Notes under the pieces: model-generated
Databases searched by the model: none
Told to the model about the DNA's origin: nothing
What the model saw: the letters and a program-made list of their open reading frames with translations, nothing else
In this document: positions 29,881-51,237 of the stretch, piece by piece
Layout: each line of letters opens with the position of its first letter
Position numbering within the stretch: position 1 is the first letter of the stretch
Translations under genes and position numbers: made by a program
Assembly: GCA_963693365.1 (NCBI GenBank)
Contig: CAVNZM010000013.1
Coordinates: forward strand, 3,686,722 to 3,750,721
Direction of reading: 5' to 3'
DNA from: Amoebidium appalachense
Lineage: Eukaryota; Protista; Ichthyosporea
DNA: 64,000 nt

Positions 29881-31062
29881 TACACCAGTTAGTGTCAAGA
29901 GATCTAGATATTCATGTCTTGCTCAGTTGCATGAATGGGTGTAGAGGAAGAGTAGATTTTTTTTCTTCACAGTGAGCTGGGAGGTTGGCGTTGATAAATG
30001 CATGAACGTTTGGGAAACATGGAGGTATATATAGAACGACTGCAACACGAAAACATCAATCAGACACCAAACATCTGTGCCCCCAAGCCAAGCTCATATT
30101 ATAACAAATAAGGGCAAAGGTGTTGTGGTTGTGTTTGTCTGGTGATGCTTTTTGAGGGGGGGGGGGGGAGGGGGGGGGGGGGGAGGGGGGTGAATGTGTC
30201 ATAAAGTACGAAGTACACAAGAACAACGGATAAAACGATGCAGAATGCAAACCATACATAAAGAGCATGCATAACAAGCAGAGCCCAACCTCAGGGGGGG
30301 CCGGCCCACGTCATCCACAGTACCCGAGTTTCGACCCATTCACCGCGTTAACAAACCCAACTCAGATACTGTTTCACTTGAACATGGGTGGGTCAAGGGG
30401 GGATGGAGGATGGATGTGTTATTCAGAGCGCAGGAGATATATGAGAGGGGGGGGATGGGGGGGGGGGAGAAGGGGGGGGGGGGGGGGGGAGGGGGGTGGA
30501 GGTTGTTTCCGTACCGTGACGGTTTGTTCTGTTTGAGTCTGTGCGAGGCATGGGGTCCTTTTCGTCGTCATTGATATCGTAGCTGGCCTCGGGATCCTGG
30601 GGGGTGAAAGTGTGTTACGAACGCTATACCTCATCCTACCCTAAATATCCACGCACACACATGCATGCACAAGAACAGACACACACAAGAGCTAAAAAAA
30701 AAAAAAAAAAAAAGCACAAACTGTCAAACGAACATCGACAGACATGCACGCGCACACTTAGTATACACGCCCACCCATTCGCACACACTGCCGTGCTCTG
30801 AGACATGTACACATACGGTCACACACACAAAGACACACACACAGACACAAACAAGGACGTTCACACAAACATAAGTACACAGGCACGTGCACACACAGGC
30901 ACGTACATAGTTTGGGGCAATGTCAGGGTGTGTGTGATCCAGCCCATCATCAAGCACACTCACTACCACCCCCTTGCCGGTGTAGCCGAGGTCCCAGGCC
31001 TCGGATATGCCCATGCCCTTGCCGGAGTGCTGTGTGTGTGTACACGTGTGTGTGCATGTGTG

Positions 31063-31118
<56 letters not shown>

Positions 31119-32420
31119 TGTGTGGCCCTGAGTGTGTGGGTGTGTGGGTGGGTGTACGTGTGTGTGTGTGTGCATAAGCATGTGAGTGTCAGTGTGCGGG
31201 TGTGCGCGTGCATGCGTACGTGCATGTGCACGTGTGCGTTTGCGTGTGTGTGTGTGTGTGGAATGTTGCGAGTGCACGCTTTGCGCAGATTACAACATTT
31301 AAGAATACACGTAAGGGCATGCATATGTGTACGTGAATATGTGTCCGTAAGGAGATGGAGTGAGAACATGTTAGTTTTCCACAGCCAGAGGCCCAAAGAA
31401 TACGACGGCATCATTAGCATGACCACCCTCCCTCCTCCCCTCTCCCCCCCCCCCCCCCCCCCCCCTCCCCCACACCACCACCACCACCAAATAAATATAA
31501 ATCAATAAATAAATTAAAAAGCACTCACGCGTACCATCAGTAATGGACCAACCGTGTGCTATGTTGCCCACTGCATGCTCTTACCGAACAAACGTTAGGG
31601 TTCATCCCAGCTTTTGACACCTTGGGAAGCACGCCAGTGTGCGTGTGTCCGTGTGTGCGTGCGTGTGCGTGTGTTTGGGGGGGAGGGGGGGGGGGGGGGG
31701 GGGGGGGGGTCTGTGTGTGCGCGCGTGTACATGTGTGTGGTGTGTGCATGTGCGTGTGCACTTTGGGGCAGGCACATTTACCTCACTTGTTTCACACCAC
31801 TTTCCCCCTTAATCACACTGTGTTTTCTCCGGGGGGGGGGGGGGGGGGGGGGGGGGGCGGGTTGGCTGGCGGAAGGGGAACTTACCAAATACCATTGGCT
31901 CTTGAACAGAGGGTCGTTAGGCGTCTGCATTCCTCCCAACCTCACCTCCTTCACCTCCTTCTCCTTCAACATAATTTTCGGTCTTATAACGCGTCTTTTA
32001 CCCCCATTTTCCAGCTTTTTCGGCATGGATTTCCGTCTTGGCAACATGTCATTCAAACGACCAACACCTACGGAGTTCGCATTTTCGGTGTTTTCAACCA
32101 TTTCGCGCGGAATTATTATTGGTTCTAGCGGTGCATCTTGTATTTGTTCGCGTGCTATCTCTTCAAGGCTTTCATTCAGTATTGGTTCGGCATATGTATT
32201 CATGTCACCACGACGATGGCGACGGTAGTAGGATTGGCGTTCATAACGAGCAATCTGGACAAGGAGGAGAGGGGGAAGGGGGGGGGGGGGGGGGGGGTTA
32301 GAATGCGTTGCCGAGGGTGAAACAGAGAATCACACATACGTGACCGAAAACCAAAATGCACAGCCCTTTTCTTCTCTATTTTGGTGGTGGAGTGGGGGGA
32401 AAAGGCAAGAGGAGAGGGGG

Positions 32421-32468
<48 letters not shown>

Positions 32469-32663
32469 CGCATTTGTAACTACAGATAGTCTACACACAC
32501 GTACACATGCCCCTGGGTTTTGTGCAACATACACGTACCATCACCAAACCAAGTACCTACCTGAAATCCCGAAATACACACACACACACACAGACACACA
32601 CAACTCACACACACAAACAAAGAAAAAGAAAAACATGTGCAGGCGCACTGTCACACGTGTACA

Positions 32664-32726
<63 letters not shown>

Positions 32727-33108
32727 GCACGCGAGTGCACCTGCACATATGTACACACGAACACACACACACGCAACATACACGCACACACCTGCGGGTG
32801 TGCCGTCAACAGAGCAGCGATTTCCTGCTCATCTGCTTCCTCGGGTGACAGCAGCACAAAAGCATCGGGCAGACTGCCCACCTGCCAAGATAAAAGATGA
32901 ATAAAACGGAAAAAAAGGACCGAGCTAAATAGGATGGATAATGAAGCCTAATACCGACACAGTGTGCACTTCTTCATCGACACAAGGGCGCGCCAACTTT
33001 GAAAGGGACAAGCCGTCCGTGTTGTGTGTATATGTGTGTGTGTGTGTGTGCGCGCGCCTACACGCGCTTGTGAGCGTGTGTGCGCATGTGTGTGCGCATG
33101 TGTATGCG

Positions 33109-33155
<47 letters not shown>

Positions 33156-33269
33156 CACTGTGCTCGTGCCCACGTGTGCGTACGTACATGCGAGTGTATG
33201 TGTGTGTGTGCGCGTGTGTGTGTGCATCTGTACGTATGTTTGCGGGTGCGTGCCCTTTGTTGCTTGTGT

Positions 33270-33308
<39 letters not shown>

Positions 33309-33917
33309 GTGTGTTGGGGGGGGGGTGTAGGTGTGTGTGTGTCTGTGTGTGTGTGTATTTGTCTGTGTGTATGGCTTCTGACACTAAGAACATGCACGGC
33401 TGGTGTGGCAGGCACGCCCGCGTGCAGACACGTGCCCGCCCACACGAGAGCGGACGTACGTAGTCCAAGCCAATAATCTTAAATAGAGAAGTGCACAAAT
33501 ATTGCACTACCACAGGCAGACAGTGCACACACCCATGCACACCCATACAAGCACACACCCGGACATACACACGCGCGAACGTACACGGACGCGCGCATAG
33601 AAATGCACAGACACACACGTCAGCACACCGGTAAGTCATACACACCCAACATTCACATGCGCTGCGCCCGTCCCCCCCCTCCCCCCTAACACATATAAAC
33701 ACACAAAAAAAACACACACGCACACACGCACACACACACGTCCCAGCTCTTTTAAAGACATACGGGCACAAACCTGCCCGCTATTGCGTAAACCGAGGTT
33801 TGCCGCCACATCCTCCACGGCTATTTTTGGGTCTGCGCCGGTAACGTGCACCACCCACTTGGCCGCGTCCACAGGTGCAAGCAGGGTTAGAGGGATCCAT
33901 CGCAAGGGACTTCTCAT
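22429..33917 (-). CDS. Kexin/furin-family subtilisin-like proprotein convertase (S8B + P domain), ~17 exons, ~716 aa; 3' end uncertain
   Basis: Minus-strand exons, all GT-AG and in phase: 33917-33774, 32881-32792, 32254-31886, 31029-30907, 30596-30515, 29664-29486, 28861-28767, 28187-28065, 27356-27287, 26986-26886, 26584-26489, 25926-25733, 25271-25187, 24671-24575, 23587-23469, 23017-22948 and tentatively 22542-22429. Motifs: signal peptide [22 protein letters not shown] pro-site, [12 protein letters not shown], catalytic Asp (VLDDG), His (NRHGTRCAG), Asn (FASGNG), Ser (GTSAAAP), [10 protein letters not shown]-domain EHV..RGDL and WGENPIGEW, and a C-terminal hydrophobic segment. Confidence 0.93.
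23763..24384. mobile_element. PIF/Harbinger-like MITE (622 bp) in an intron of the convertase gene
   Basis: TIR GGGGCTGGCCACACTGC / GCAGTGTGGACAGCCCC (1 mismatch); 3-bp TSD ACT at 23760-23762 and 24385-24387; many subterminal GATTGA/TCAATC motifs. GGC..CCACACT-type ends with a 3-bp TSD are characteristic of Harbinger. Confidence 0.85.
30190..30368 (-). repeat. Dispersed intronic repeat family, long copy (convertase intron)
   Basis: AGTACGAAGTACACAAGAACAACGGATAAAACGATGCAGAATGCAA...AAGCAGAGCCC...GAGTTTCGACC...AAACCCAACTCAGATA on +, closely matching 43481-43658. Confidence 0.85.
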
Positions 33918-35069
33918 AGTGCGCGTATACGCGCGTATTGTAGTTAAGGGAAATGAGAGGCTTGGTGTTGCATTTAAAGGTGTATGGGTAACTGAGCACA
34001 AAAGTTTATGACCGGCTGTTGTGGCCGCTGTACGTACGTGCGGAGGCTTGCGTTTTGGGGGCCAGTGACACGATAATCGTGGGTTTGGTAGAACTAGAGG
34101 CACCCCATAGTACGCTGATAGCAGTAACGCAGAGAACAAACCAAGCTACTACACTATGCGCGTGACACAGTTTGTGCAAGCAACTGGTAAAAGGGAACTT
34201 GCTAACTTTACTGGCTATATATATAAGTCGCTTTCTCATAGCCTACAATCAAAAAGGTCATCTGCCGCACAAAACGATGCATACAGCCTGACAGGCTGTT
34301 CGTAGCTCTGTGTTTGTGTGCGGCAATAATTACAAGCTGATAAGAAACCAATAAATGGCAACTGTTAATCTTGTAAGAAAGGCGGTATCTTTCCAAGGCT
34401 TAGTAGTTAGCAGATATCCTAAGATTCTGGGGTATGATACGTACATTAAAAATTCACAGAGGAGAGGTTAATATTCGCTATCATTTATCCTTAACGTATT
34501 TTGTGAAGTTTTGTTTGCAGTTCAGAGTGGTCAACTCGCATACTCGAAACCTACCTTGTACTGCGAACATAAAAGCGCGGAATTCCAAGAATTGAGGCAA
34601 AAAGCAAACCAATCAGAAGGGGTCGTAGTGAAAGCTGTGCTCCGGGGTGTGTTTCCACAATATCCAATCGGCATAAAGCATCGCATTTTTGGTCGGCACC
34701 GATTGGTTGAAACTATCCGTTTTACTCGCCTGGGAAGCTGGGAAATCTCCCCCTAGACATCGTTTTTGCAATGACGTCACTATTCATAACTCTTTGTAGG
34801 GCCAATGGATCAGCATTTCGATGAATGCGGCTACGCTATGAAGACTACTCAGTGACTCCCATCGGATATCGATCCTATTTGTAGTAGTCATCATCGAAAT
34901 ATGCACAGGGGCGCAAGACTGTCGTCGGCCTGGCACCAAAAAAAGCATCTACTAGTAGAAACAGCTTCCAATATTTTTGTTGTTGATTTTCTTAAAACCT
35001 CTCCCAAATCTGTGTATAGCATAGTGATGGCACATGCTTACCATCAATCAGAACAACTTGGAGAGTCAT

Positions 35070-36482
35070 TGTGGTATATTATACCGGATATCTAGTATGG
35101 GCCTGGAAGTGAATACACCGACTACGGCCAATCATTTGACCCCTCTCTCCCCCTCTCTCCCCTCTCTCCCCCCGGTACTTCACCGTGGTACCCTCCTGGA
35201 TCAGACATACCGTTGCTCGACCGTGTTTACTTCCGTTCTCACGACCTGCAACACGACAACCAATATTGCTTCTCTTTTCGTTCAGGGGACACCGACTACG
35301 GCCAATCATTTGACCCCGAAGACTTGCCACCTGAAGAAAATCGACATTCATCAGTCGACCTTCTCCACGGGCTGGAAGTCGAGGTCAACGCGAACGCAAG
35401 CACAGGCACCAGACGCTCTGGTACGCGCCCCGAGTTTGCAAATTTGCACAACAAGGCGGGCGTGAGCCTGGCAGCTTGGTGCTGGTGCGTTCTTGGGTGT
35501 CTCCTTCTGTTCTCGCTGCTGGCATTGTTGGTATCGAAGTTTGCCAGCTGTACAGCGCGCACGGCAAGCACGAGGCCCCTGTAGTACCATAATAAGTAAC
35601 AACTAGATCGAGCTCACCACGACTAAGGGCCACTAACTGATTGATAAATTCGTGTGACTTAGTTATGTGGGAAGACTGCCCTGAAAGGCACGCGTAGTTT
35701 TGCCTGGAAGTGAATACATTCGCGAGGGCGAGCAGTTGTTGGTGGAGCATTCACCATGGTGGCCAGACTGGCATGTTAGAAACCAAACAACTAGAAACAT
35801 AGTATTTGCTTGAAACGAGCACACATGCAGCGCAAGTGCTAGCGCTGCAGGGGGTGTAGCTCAGCTGTTGTATAAAATGATCGTGTGTCCGTGACAAAAC
35901 AATATATTTTTAAATGAACGGGGTTGACTAGACCACGCTTTGCTAAGTTACGTGCTAGTCCTACTTACACCTAGTAACTTGAAGCCGAGCACACTGAGTG
36001 AGCTCTGAAGCCCCCGACATGCCCTTATATCAGAGCTCGCACAGCGGCTCAGACATGCGCATCGGTATGTCCTTTTGGCTACGAGAGCCAATCACATACG
36101 GTTCACGGTTCTGTCCCATGGCATCACGGTTCCAATAAACTACGTGAGCCAATCGGGTGACAGTACTTGACTAGCGATGCATTCCACAGTCATACCTCAC
36201 GGCTACTTGCATATTTTCCCATGATAAAACTATGACATAAACGCTCATGGTTCCTCTACTACGTGTCGGTCCCATGTGACTATTATATCTGTTTTCCCAT
36301 GAATAATCCTGCAAGCTGCACGTGCACATATGTCTAAATCCATGCTCATGTGCACAAGACTGGGGGGGGACATGCATACTGGCCTACCTAAGATCAAACA
36401 CAGTGGTATATATACATGTACACGTGCGCGTATATCTCAACCTGTGTACATCCATACTAGATATCCGGTATAATATACCACA
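35070..36482. mobile_element. Non-autonomous TIR element with TGT...ACA ends and 5-bp TSD (Ginger-like, tentative)
   Basis: Perfect 31-bp TIR TGTGGTATATTATACCGGATATCTAGTATGG (35070-35100 / 36452-36482); TSD GTCAT at 35065-35069 and 36483-36487; internal direct repeats at 35101/35702 and 35117/35291. Confidence 0.88.
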
Positions 36483-36630
36483 GTCATAGGAAGACCCAGC
36501 TGCAGGGGCCGGGCCCGGCCGGCAGTGTACTTTAATTTCACACCCTGAATCTACAGACCCCTTACACCGCGCTTACCCCCCGATTTGGACATTTTTCCCA
36601 GTCTGGAAAAGACTTATGTAGATATTTGGA

Positions 36631-36662
<32 letters not shown>

Positions 36663-37508
36663 ATGTAGAGGTATATGCCTGCACCAATCATTTCTCTTTC
36701 CAGAGAGAGAAGAAAACATCCAATCCGCTTTAGCTTATAAATAGCTAAATAATCTACTCAACTGCATGCAGGCCTGAGCAGCATGCAGCATGCCATCAAT
36801 ATCATGCACCCCCTACACTATCTGACAGAGTGCCGATTTCAGCCTATCTCGAAGGGGTTCGGTAAGATACATAACTTGATTGGCCAAAAACGTAGGGGGG
36901 CCTACACCAGCGACGGTCCTCAGGTTGAGGCCAGTCGTTGGTGTAGCCAGATTGGGCCGTCTGTTTGGCATCGCGGAGTTCAGAAAATCCGCTTGCCCTA
37001 ACTCCAAAATCGATCTTACTCCGGAGTATGGCCGCTAACTCCGCGTTGCCAAACAGGCCATAATGGATACTCGCAGTAATAGTAGCCTTTACAATAAGGT
37101 GAGGCTCACTGACCCCCTCGTCCTCCCCATCCCCCCCCCCCCCCCCCTTAACCCCCCCCCCCCCTCCCGTTTGTGTTTCACACATGGCGGATCCGGACAT
37201 AGGGTCACTTTTATAAATTCAGTAAATCCCCAGAATAAACGCTTGCAATTTGTTATAAAAAGAATTTAAGAGATCATGGATCAATCGGTTTCAGGCATGA
37301 ATCAGGCGGAAGTCGATTGGACATGGGTCACGAGAATGTATTGGCGATATTAGAAAGCACCGTCCTAAAAAGAAAGGCAGAGGGATGTAAATTTATTGTA
37401 AAAGGAAGGTTTGCGGGTAGAGAGGGAGAGCGAGTGTCTGTGCGTCGAGGTGGAGCTGTTGCTGTTGTGAACCTGGATAAAAAAATAGAGGGGCATAGGA
37501 ATGGGATC

Positions 37509-38400
<892 letters not shown>

Positions 38401-38791
38401 CTAACACGTACCCATGCCCACCCACACAACCACACGTGCGCATGCATGCGATCGAGCGCATCCACACATATGATATGGCTGATGCACAACCGTGCACATA
38501 TTCGTGCGGAAAAAAAAAACCAACACAAACACACGTTTACTGCACCGTCCAGACATTGAGTCCTCCCTCCCCCCCTCCCCCCCCTCCCCCCCCACCTCCT
38601 CCTTCCACACAAGCAAACACACGCACACACTGTCATGCTTGTTCAGAGATGCATATTCACAAACACAGAGCTACTAGTCGCTCTCTCACCGCCCTAAACC
38701 GTTCATCACATAGAAAAAAAAGCAGCTCCCCTCCACCCTCGTGACACTATCAACACTACCTCCCCCACCTCCTTCCCACCACCCACCACGC

Positions 38792-38830
<39 letters not shown>

Positions 38831-39627
38831 AAAAAAAAAAAAAAAAAAACACGCCTACACAAACTCAGAGCCTCCCAAGAACACACACAAACAAGCACGC
38901 TTTCCAAAAACACGTTAACAAGGGCGCACACACAATGTTTGATCTTAAGGTGAGGGAGATTCCGGTAAAAGTAACCATAGGTTTTATCAAGAACATGGAG
39001 CGAGCAAGGTTGGTGCTCTCAGCTGAGATTCCGGCTTTATAATGTTTTTCCGCTGCTAATACAACTTTAACCGACCGCCTAGCAATACATATTCACGTGT
39101 GAAGCTCTGGTGAACGGACCAAACGTGCCGGAACACTGGCAGGGGACCCCGGGGTCCCCGATTGAGTAAGCCGCTTTTCCAACTGAAAATGCATGTGACT
39201 TTTCAACTGTTCTTGTGTTCAACCCGGCCGGGCGACAGTGGCGGCAACTTGGCGGCGATGGCAAAACGATGACCTTGACAAGTGCGAGTTCGTCGCGTGA
39301 TTGGCTACCGCATAAAACAGGAATTTTGCTCTCCTCGAGCTAATCCAATCGATTTACTCCTAAATCTTTTACACTCCAGATTTTGCGTTAAATTTTTCAT
39401 AGTATTAGATCGTTTGTACGGTAATTGCAGTTACTGTACGGACATGGGATTCTAGAGGAGGTGCAGCAGAAATCGATCTAAACTGGTACAAACTTGCTGG
39501 TAGTAGCGACTTCCCCAAAGACCTGTTTTGTTATGTGGGTTTTTGAGGGTTTTCGTATGGAAGTACACATGCGCGCGCGCACACACACACATACAAACAT
39601 CACATACATCGATATCAGTGACACACG

Positions 39628-39676
<49 letters not shown>

Positions 39677-39725
39677 CCAGGCCAGCCACACCACGCGCTC
39701 GGGAGCCTTTTGTGGGGTGGTGCAG

Positions 39726-39774
<49 letters not shown>

Positions 39775-39800
39775 GGGGGGGGGGGGGGGGGGGGGGGGGG

Positions 39801-40117
39801 GGGGCTGTTATGCAATTATACGGGACTCCTTGAAAGCAAGGTAGAACCCAAATTCACAGACAACGGGGCCCAGTGTACGCTTGCATGCATTGTTTTGGTT
39901 ATATTGAGAGAAAGGTTTTTAGTTGTGGGTTTTCTGGTTCTTTTTACGTGACTGCCGTTTTGCGGACAGTAATCGGATCAAAAACTGAAACAATACCTCC
40001 CACCAAAACCCCTAAACTTGAAGGCAAGTGTACGCGTACACCCATGCCGGCATTGTGCAATTTTGGGTACTACCGGGCCCGGCTTCGAGACTCCACATAT
40101 AGTAACTGCTTAGCCCC
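39801..40117. mobile_element. Possible degenerate fold-back MITE
   Basis: GGGGCT...AGCCCC ends; GGTAGAACCCAAATT (39840) vs AATTTTGGGTACTACC (40059-40074); GTGTACGC in both arms. Weak, with no TSD. Confidence 0.35.
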
Positions 40118-40192
40118 TCCCTCTCCCCCCCCCCCTCCCCCCCCCTCCCCCAACAACACACACACACATGCACACATACACACACACACACG

Positions 40193-40231
<39 letters not shown>

Positions 40232-40253
40232 ACACACACACACACACACACGT

Positions 40254-40311
<58 letters not shown>

Positions 40312-41186
40312 ACACACACACACCAACACGCACACGTGACAATCGCACACACACACGAACACATTTACACCATGCGCACACACGAACGCACATATTTACA
40401 GACCACACATGCACACACCACGGCACACGTACACGTACACAACACCGTGACGACCAGACGCACACGCACACGAGTGTTTATACGTACATACACACAACGA
40501 ACACACACAAGGAGACACATGCAGCACACACACAAACACCCTATGACTGTCACAGGCCGCTTACAAAATCCACATTGCGTACATGTACAAACAGATATGC
40601 ACCACACACACAAATTTATTGAAAAGAAGGTGCCACATTCATAGCCATGGGCGAGTATTGGGGCATGTGTAACACTGGTCCAAACCTGCACGCTCTTCTT
40701 CAGAATCAGTGTCTCGTATATATGGGAAAAGTATCATAGGAATTTGATTTTTTCACAGCACTATGTTCGTTCTGTACAGGTCTACGAGCTACGTTGGACA
40801 AGAAAATCCAAACAAGCTCTACCCGTGACTAGTGCAAATGCATATATGTGGTCCGGCGGTGCACAGGATAATATTCTCAACCAGCCACGGGCAGCTATAA
40901 CGTTAACAATTGGCCCAGGTTCGGGTTTAAGTAGGTTGTAACAGTTGTTGTTAACGCTGTTGTTGTTGTTGTTGTTGTTGTTGTTGTCGCAATAGGTACC
41001 TAGGGAGGGGGAGAGGGGGGGGGGGGGGGGGAGGGGGGGGGGGGGTTGGCACGATTGTCGATCGGGGAAATGCAGTCCGAAAGAGCTTTGTTGGGCCCGG
41101 GACAATGTTTAGATACCTTAGGAGAGCACAAGGTGAGCACAGACCATATGCATGCGCATGCTTGATGCCAATCAATTCAACCACAA

Positions 41187-41254
<68 letters not shown>

Positions 41255-42125
41255 CTGCTGAATGTAAGATCTGGTACAAGTGTAAAGGTGCAGCCACGCC
41301 GTGGCATGTTTATTGGTTCATGTGTTGGGTCTCATTGTGAACAGCTGTGTGTGTATTTGATAATTTACCATCATACTCGAAAAAGCGACGTGTATGCGCA
41401 AACCAAACTCAAGGGTGCCTCACATAAAATATGCAAGAGGAGGGATTTCAGTTGCCCGATCAAAAAAATGCTGTGTGTGAAAACAAACAAGGCACACCAT
41501 AAACAAATTATTTAGAGTGTGTGACACGAGTTTAACTCCCCGTGCGCTGACAAATGCGCTGTGATCTCATGAGTTGGTGGATTAAAGTAGTAAATTGTTA
41601 TTAGCAATGCGTGAATGCAGATTTGCTTAGAGAAGGTGTTGAGAAGCAGTACGTAGAATTGTGTATAAACTGAATGGGTGTTACCTCGAAATCGATAAAC
41701 TTCCACTAAAACCTGCAAGCGTTTAATAAAGTATGGCCAATCACCTGTAACACCATTTTACCATATCGGGAGTAACACTCAAGATAAGGATTCCAAAAAA
41801 AAAGACATAAAAATTGTAAACACAACCACAACCCTTTCTGAAATTAACATGTTCCGCCCCCGTTCAAATCACATAACGACCCATGTGTTCGAAACCGATC
41901 AACGAATTAGTGCACGCACATACCAACGAAAGTTTTGGTGTGGGCTTTCTTACCACCAAAACCGTATAGCACCTAACAACAACCCATTGCATTGCCCCAT
42001 GCACCGCCAGGGGAAAAAAAAATCGACATTTTCTTCTTACCACACACCTCTTCTCACCTCTTCTCACTTTGTCATTTCGTCATTTTCGATTAACCATTTC
42101 CCCGTGTTTTTGTTTTCTTTTCCCC

Positions 42126-49145
<7,020 letters not shown>

Positions 49146-50439
49146 GTTTCACAGCGTGGCCAGATGCCACGACAAAATGCAGAAGTATTATGTGTATGTT
49201 ACAAAGAAAAGAGAAAGACTCAACCCCAAATGTAAGAGGAAGAATGTTGGCGCGTATATTTGCGTTCTACTCGGAGTCAGGCTTTGCTTCAAAGGGCTAT
49301 CTCCTTTGGTGAAGTGTTTTGTCCATAATCACACCGTGTGCGTCTGACTGCAAGAATAACATTCAATGCCTTATGCAAAGAAAATCCTTTACGTAACAAA
49401 TAAGTGTGTTTATACCCCAAATTGAGAGTAAATACCGAACATATATACCTCGGAGACTACGAAAACATCTTAGCTGCTTGCTCACCGGGTTGAAAACAAA
49501 CCCCCGCAAGTCACAAACTGAAACGGTGCGGCGCGCGGTGCCCGCTCGAAATCGTTTGGAGGGGGGGCAAAAATGGCGCATATTTGGCGGGGCCAGGCCG
49601 GCTGCTCGTCGTGTCGCGCGGATCCGAGCGGGAAAAAAACGGGTAGGTAAAATAAATGATTCTTATTATTGCCGTGTGTTATTTGCTTTTGTAGAGTGGT
49701 TTAAATTTCGGCAAACATTACTTTACGTACGTAATAGTGTAGTGAACGGTGGTGCGTCTGCCCCGGATGAGGCTCGGCTCAAATGTGCGGCAGTCGACCC
49801 GGGCTGGTGACTCGTGAGTCAGGCTCGGTGAGTTGGCAACGCGAGCCGGCCTCAGCAGCCTTGGCAAGTTGTACCAGCCCTCATAAAACAGAAATATGTG
49901 CCAACGAAGACCCTCACCGTGGCTTCCGTAAACAAAAGCGGAAGAGAACGTAACACAGGCAGGAATTTCAACAACGACAACACCCGCGGCACTGTGTGGC
50001 CGACTGTATGACACATTCCTAATTAGGAAAGTCACGGCCAGGTCGCACTCCGAGAGAACGGCATAACTTACCACAACGCCGGTGCACTAGTACGTACTGG
50101 CTGGCGGACTGTACTTTTCACATCTTCGGTTTGAGGTTCCTACTATTTTATGGTTTAGTTCACGTTTGTATTTATTATTCGTATTCTGCTAGCCTTAGAA
50201 ACCACAAGGTAAGGAGTGCGTTCTTTATGAGTTTTTTGACTCCGAACAGCATAAGCTGTAAGCCTTTTCGGCCGGCCTTCCGCGATTACGTCATCAAAAT
50301 CCCAGTTCGCGCCATCAGGCCTAGGTCATCTGCTTCAATTTCTATTTTAGGAAAGAAGTTGCAGGGTTTGTAGAGGTTTTTGGCTTTCCCGAAACTCAAA
50401 ATACACTGTAAATTACTTCTTTTTGTTACTCCTCAGTTT

Positions 50440-50488
50440 GAGGGGTTTACGCTGTTTACTTGCCTCGAGTAAACAGCGTAAACCCCTC
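50440..50488. mobile_element. 49-bp hairpin micro-element with 21-bp TIR and 8-bp TSD
   Basis: GAGGGGTTTACGCTGTTTACT-tgcctcg-AGTAAACAGCGTAAACCCCTC is flanked by CTCAGTTT at 50432-50439 and 50489-50496. 25 bp of it recur identically at 7607-7631. Confidence 0.8.
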
Positions 50489-51237
50489 CTCAGTTTCACA
50501 TTTCCAATGCCATATTCTTTTTCCCGTACCTTTTATCGAAGGTTTCTCACCCCGAGCCACTCCATCATCGACGTCAAAGAGAAACCGGCCTCGCCTTCAC
50601 TTCAGTTTGAGAGAAGAGAATTTCTATGTTGGCAACATCTGATAAGGAGGGCTTTATTTTTCTTTTCCGAGAGATGTTAACCTAATTAGCTTCCATATAC
50701 CCTTCATAGCCATACACCCACAGACGGCCGTGTGGCATCTTGTGTTGTAAAGCCAAGGGTAGAGAATAAGTCCGTCAATGTGGTTGGCATACTTTTGAAA
50801 TTGGCGAACTTCGATTCTCAGATCCTGGATTCGTTCTACGATTATACACAGGTCGTTTGGTAGAAAGCAGAAAGCTTAAAGAACGCACATTTTGTACTGT
50901 GTTAATCTGGTGGAACAAGTGCTGCTTATAGCAAATATCAAGACACGACGAGCCTTTAGGCTAAACTACCGTTGGATCCACCTACATTTTCACCTGCCCA
51001 TGGCCAGACCTTTTTTGAAACTTGTGCCTACATACCCCACATGAGCACGCACATTCGTTTTTGCAGGTTTTTTTTTACCAACCCCGTTTCGATACTTGCA
51101 ACGCACCTGCAAACGAACCCAAACACGCCAACAAGTTCAAATCAACTGCCGTACCACCACACCTACGTCATTTCAGAACCCGCGCCTGAAATAGTCTTTC
51201 CTCGGCCACCATCTGAGAGTAAACTTCTCACTTCAGA

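Noticed and set aside
35850-35864. GGGGGTGTAGCTCAG, identical to a tRNA-Ala 5' end
   Set aside because: There is no D-loop GG, anticodon arm, TTCGA T-loop or matching acceptor strand downstream.
39142-39159. 18-bp perfect palindrome GGGGACCCCGGGGTCCCC
   Set aside because: It is isolated and low in complexity, with no TSD or second copy.
40640-40941. Exon-like unique segments on the + strand
   Set aside because: They are short, show no recognisable homology and cannot be linked to a start and stop.
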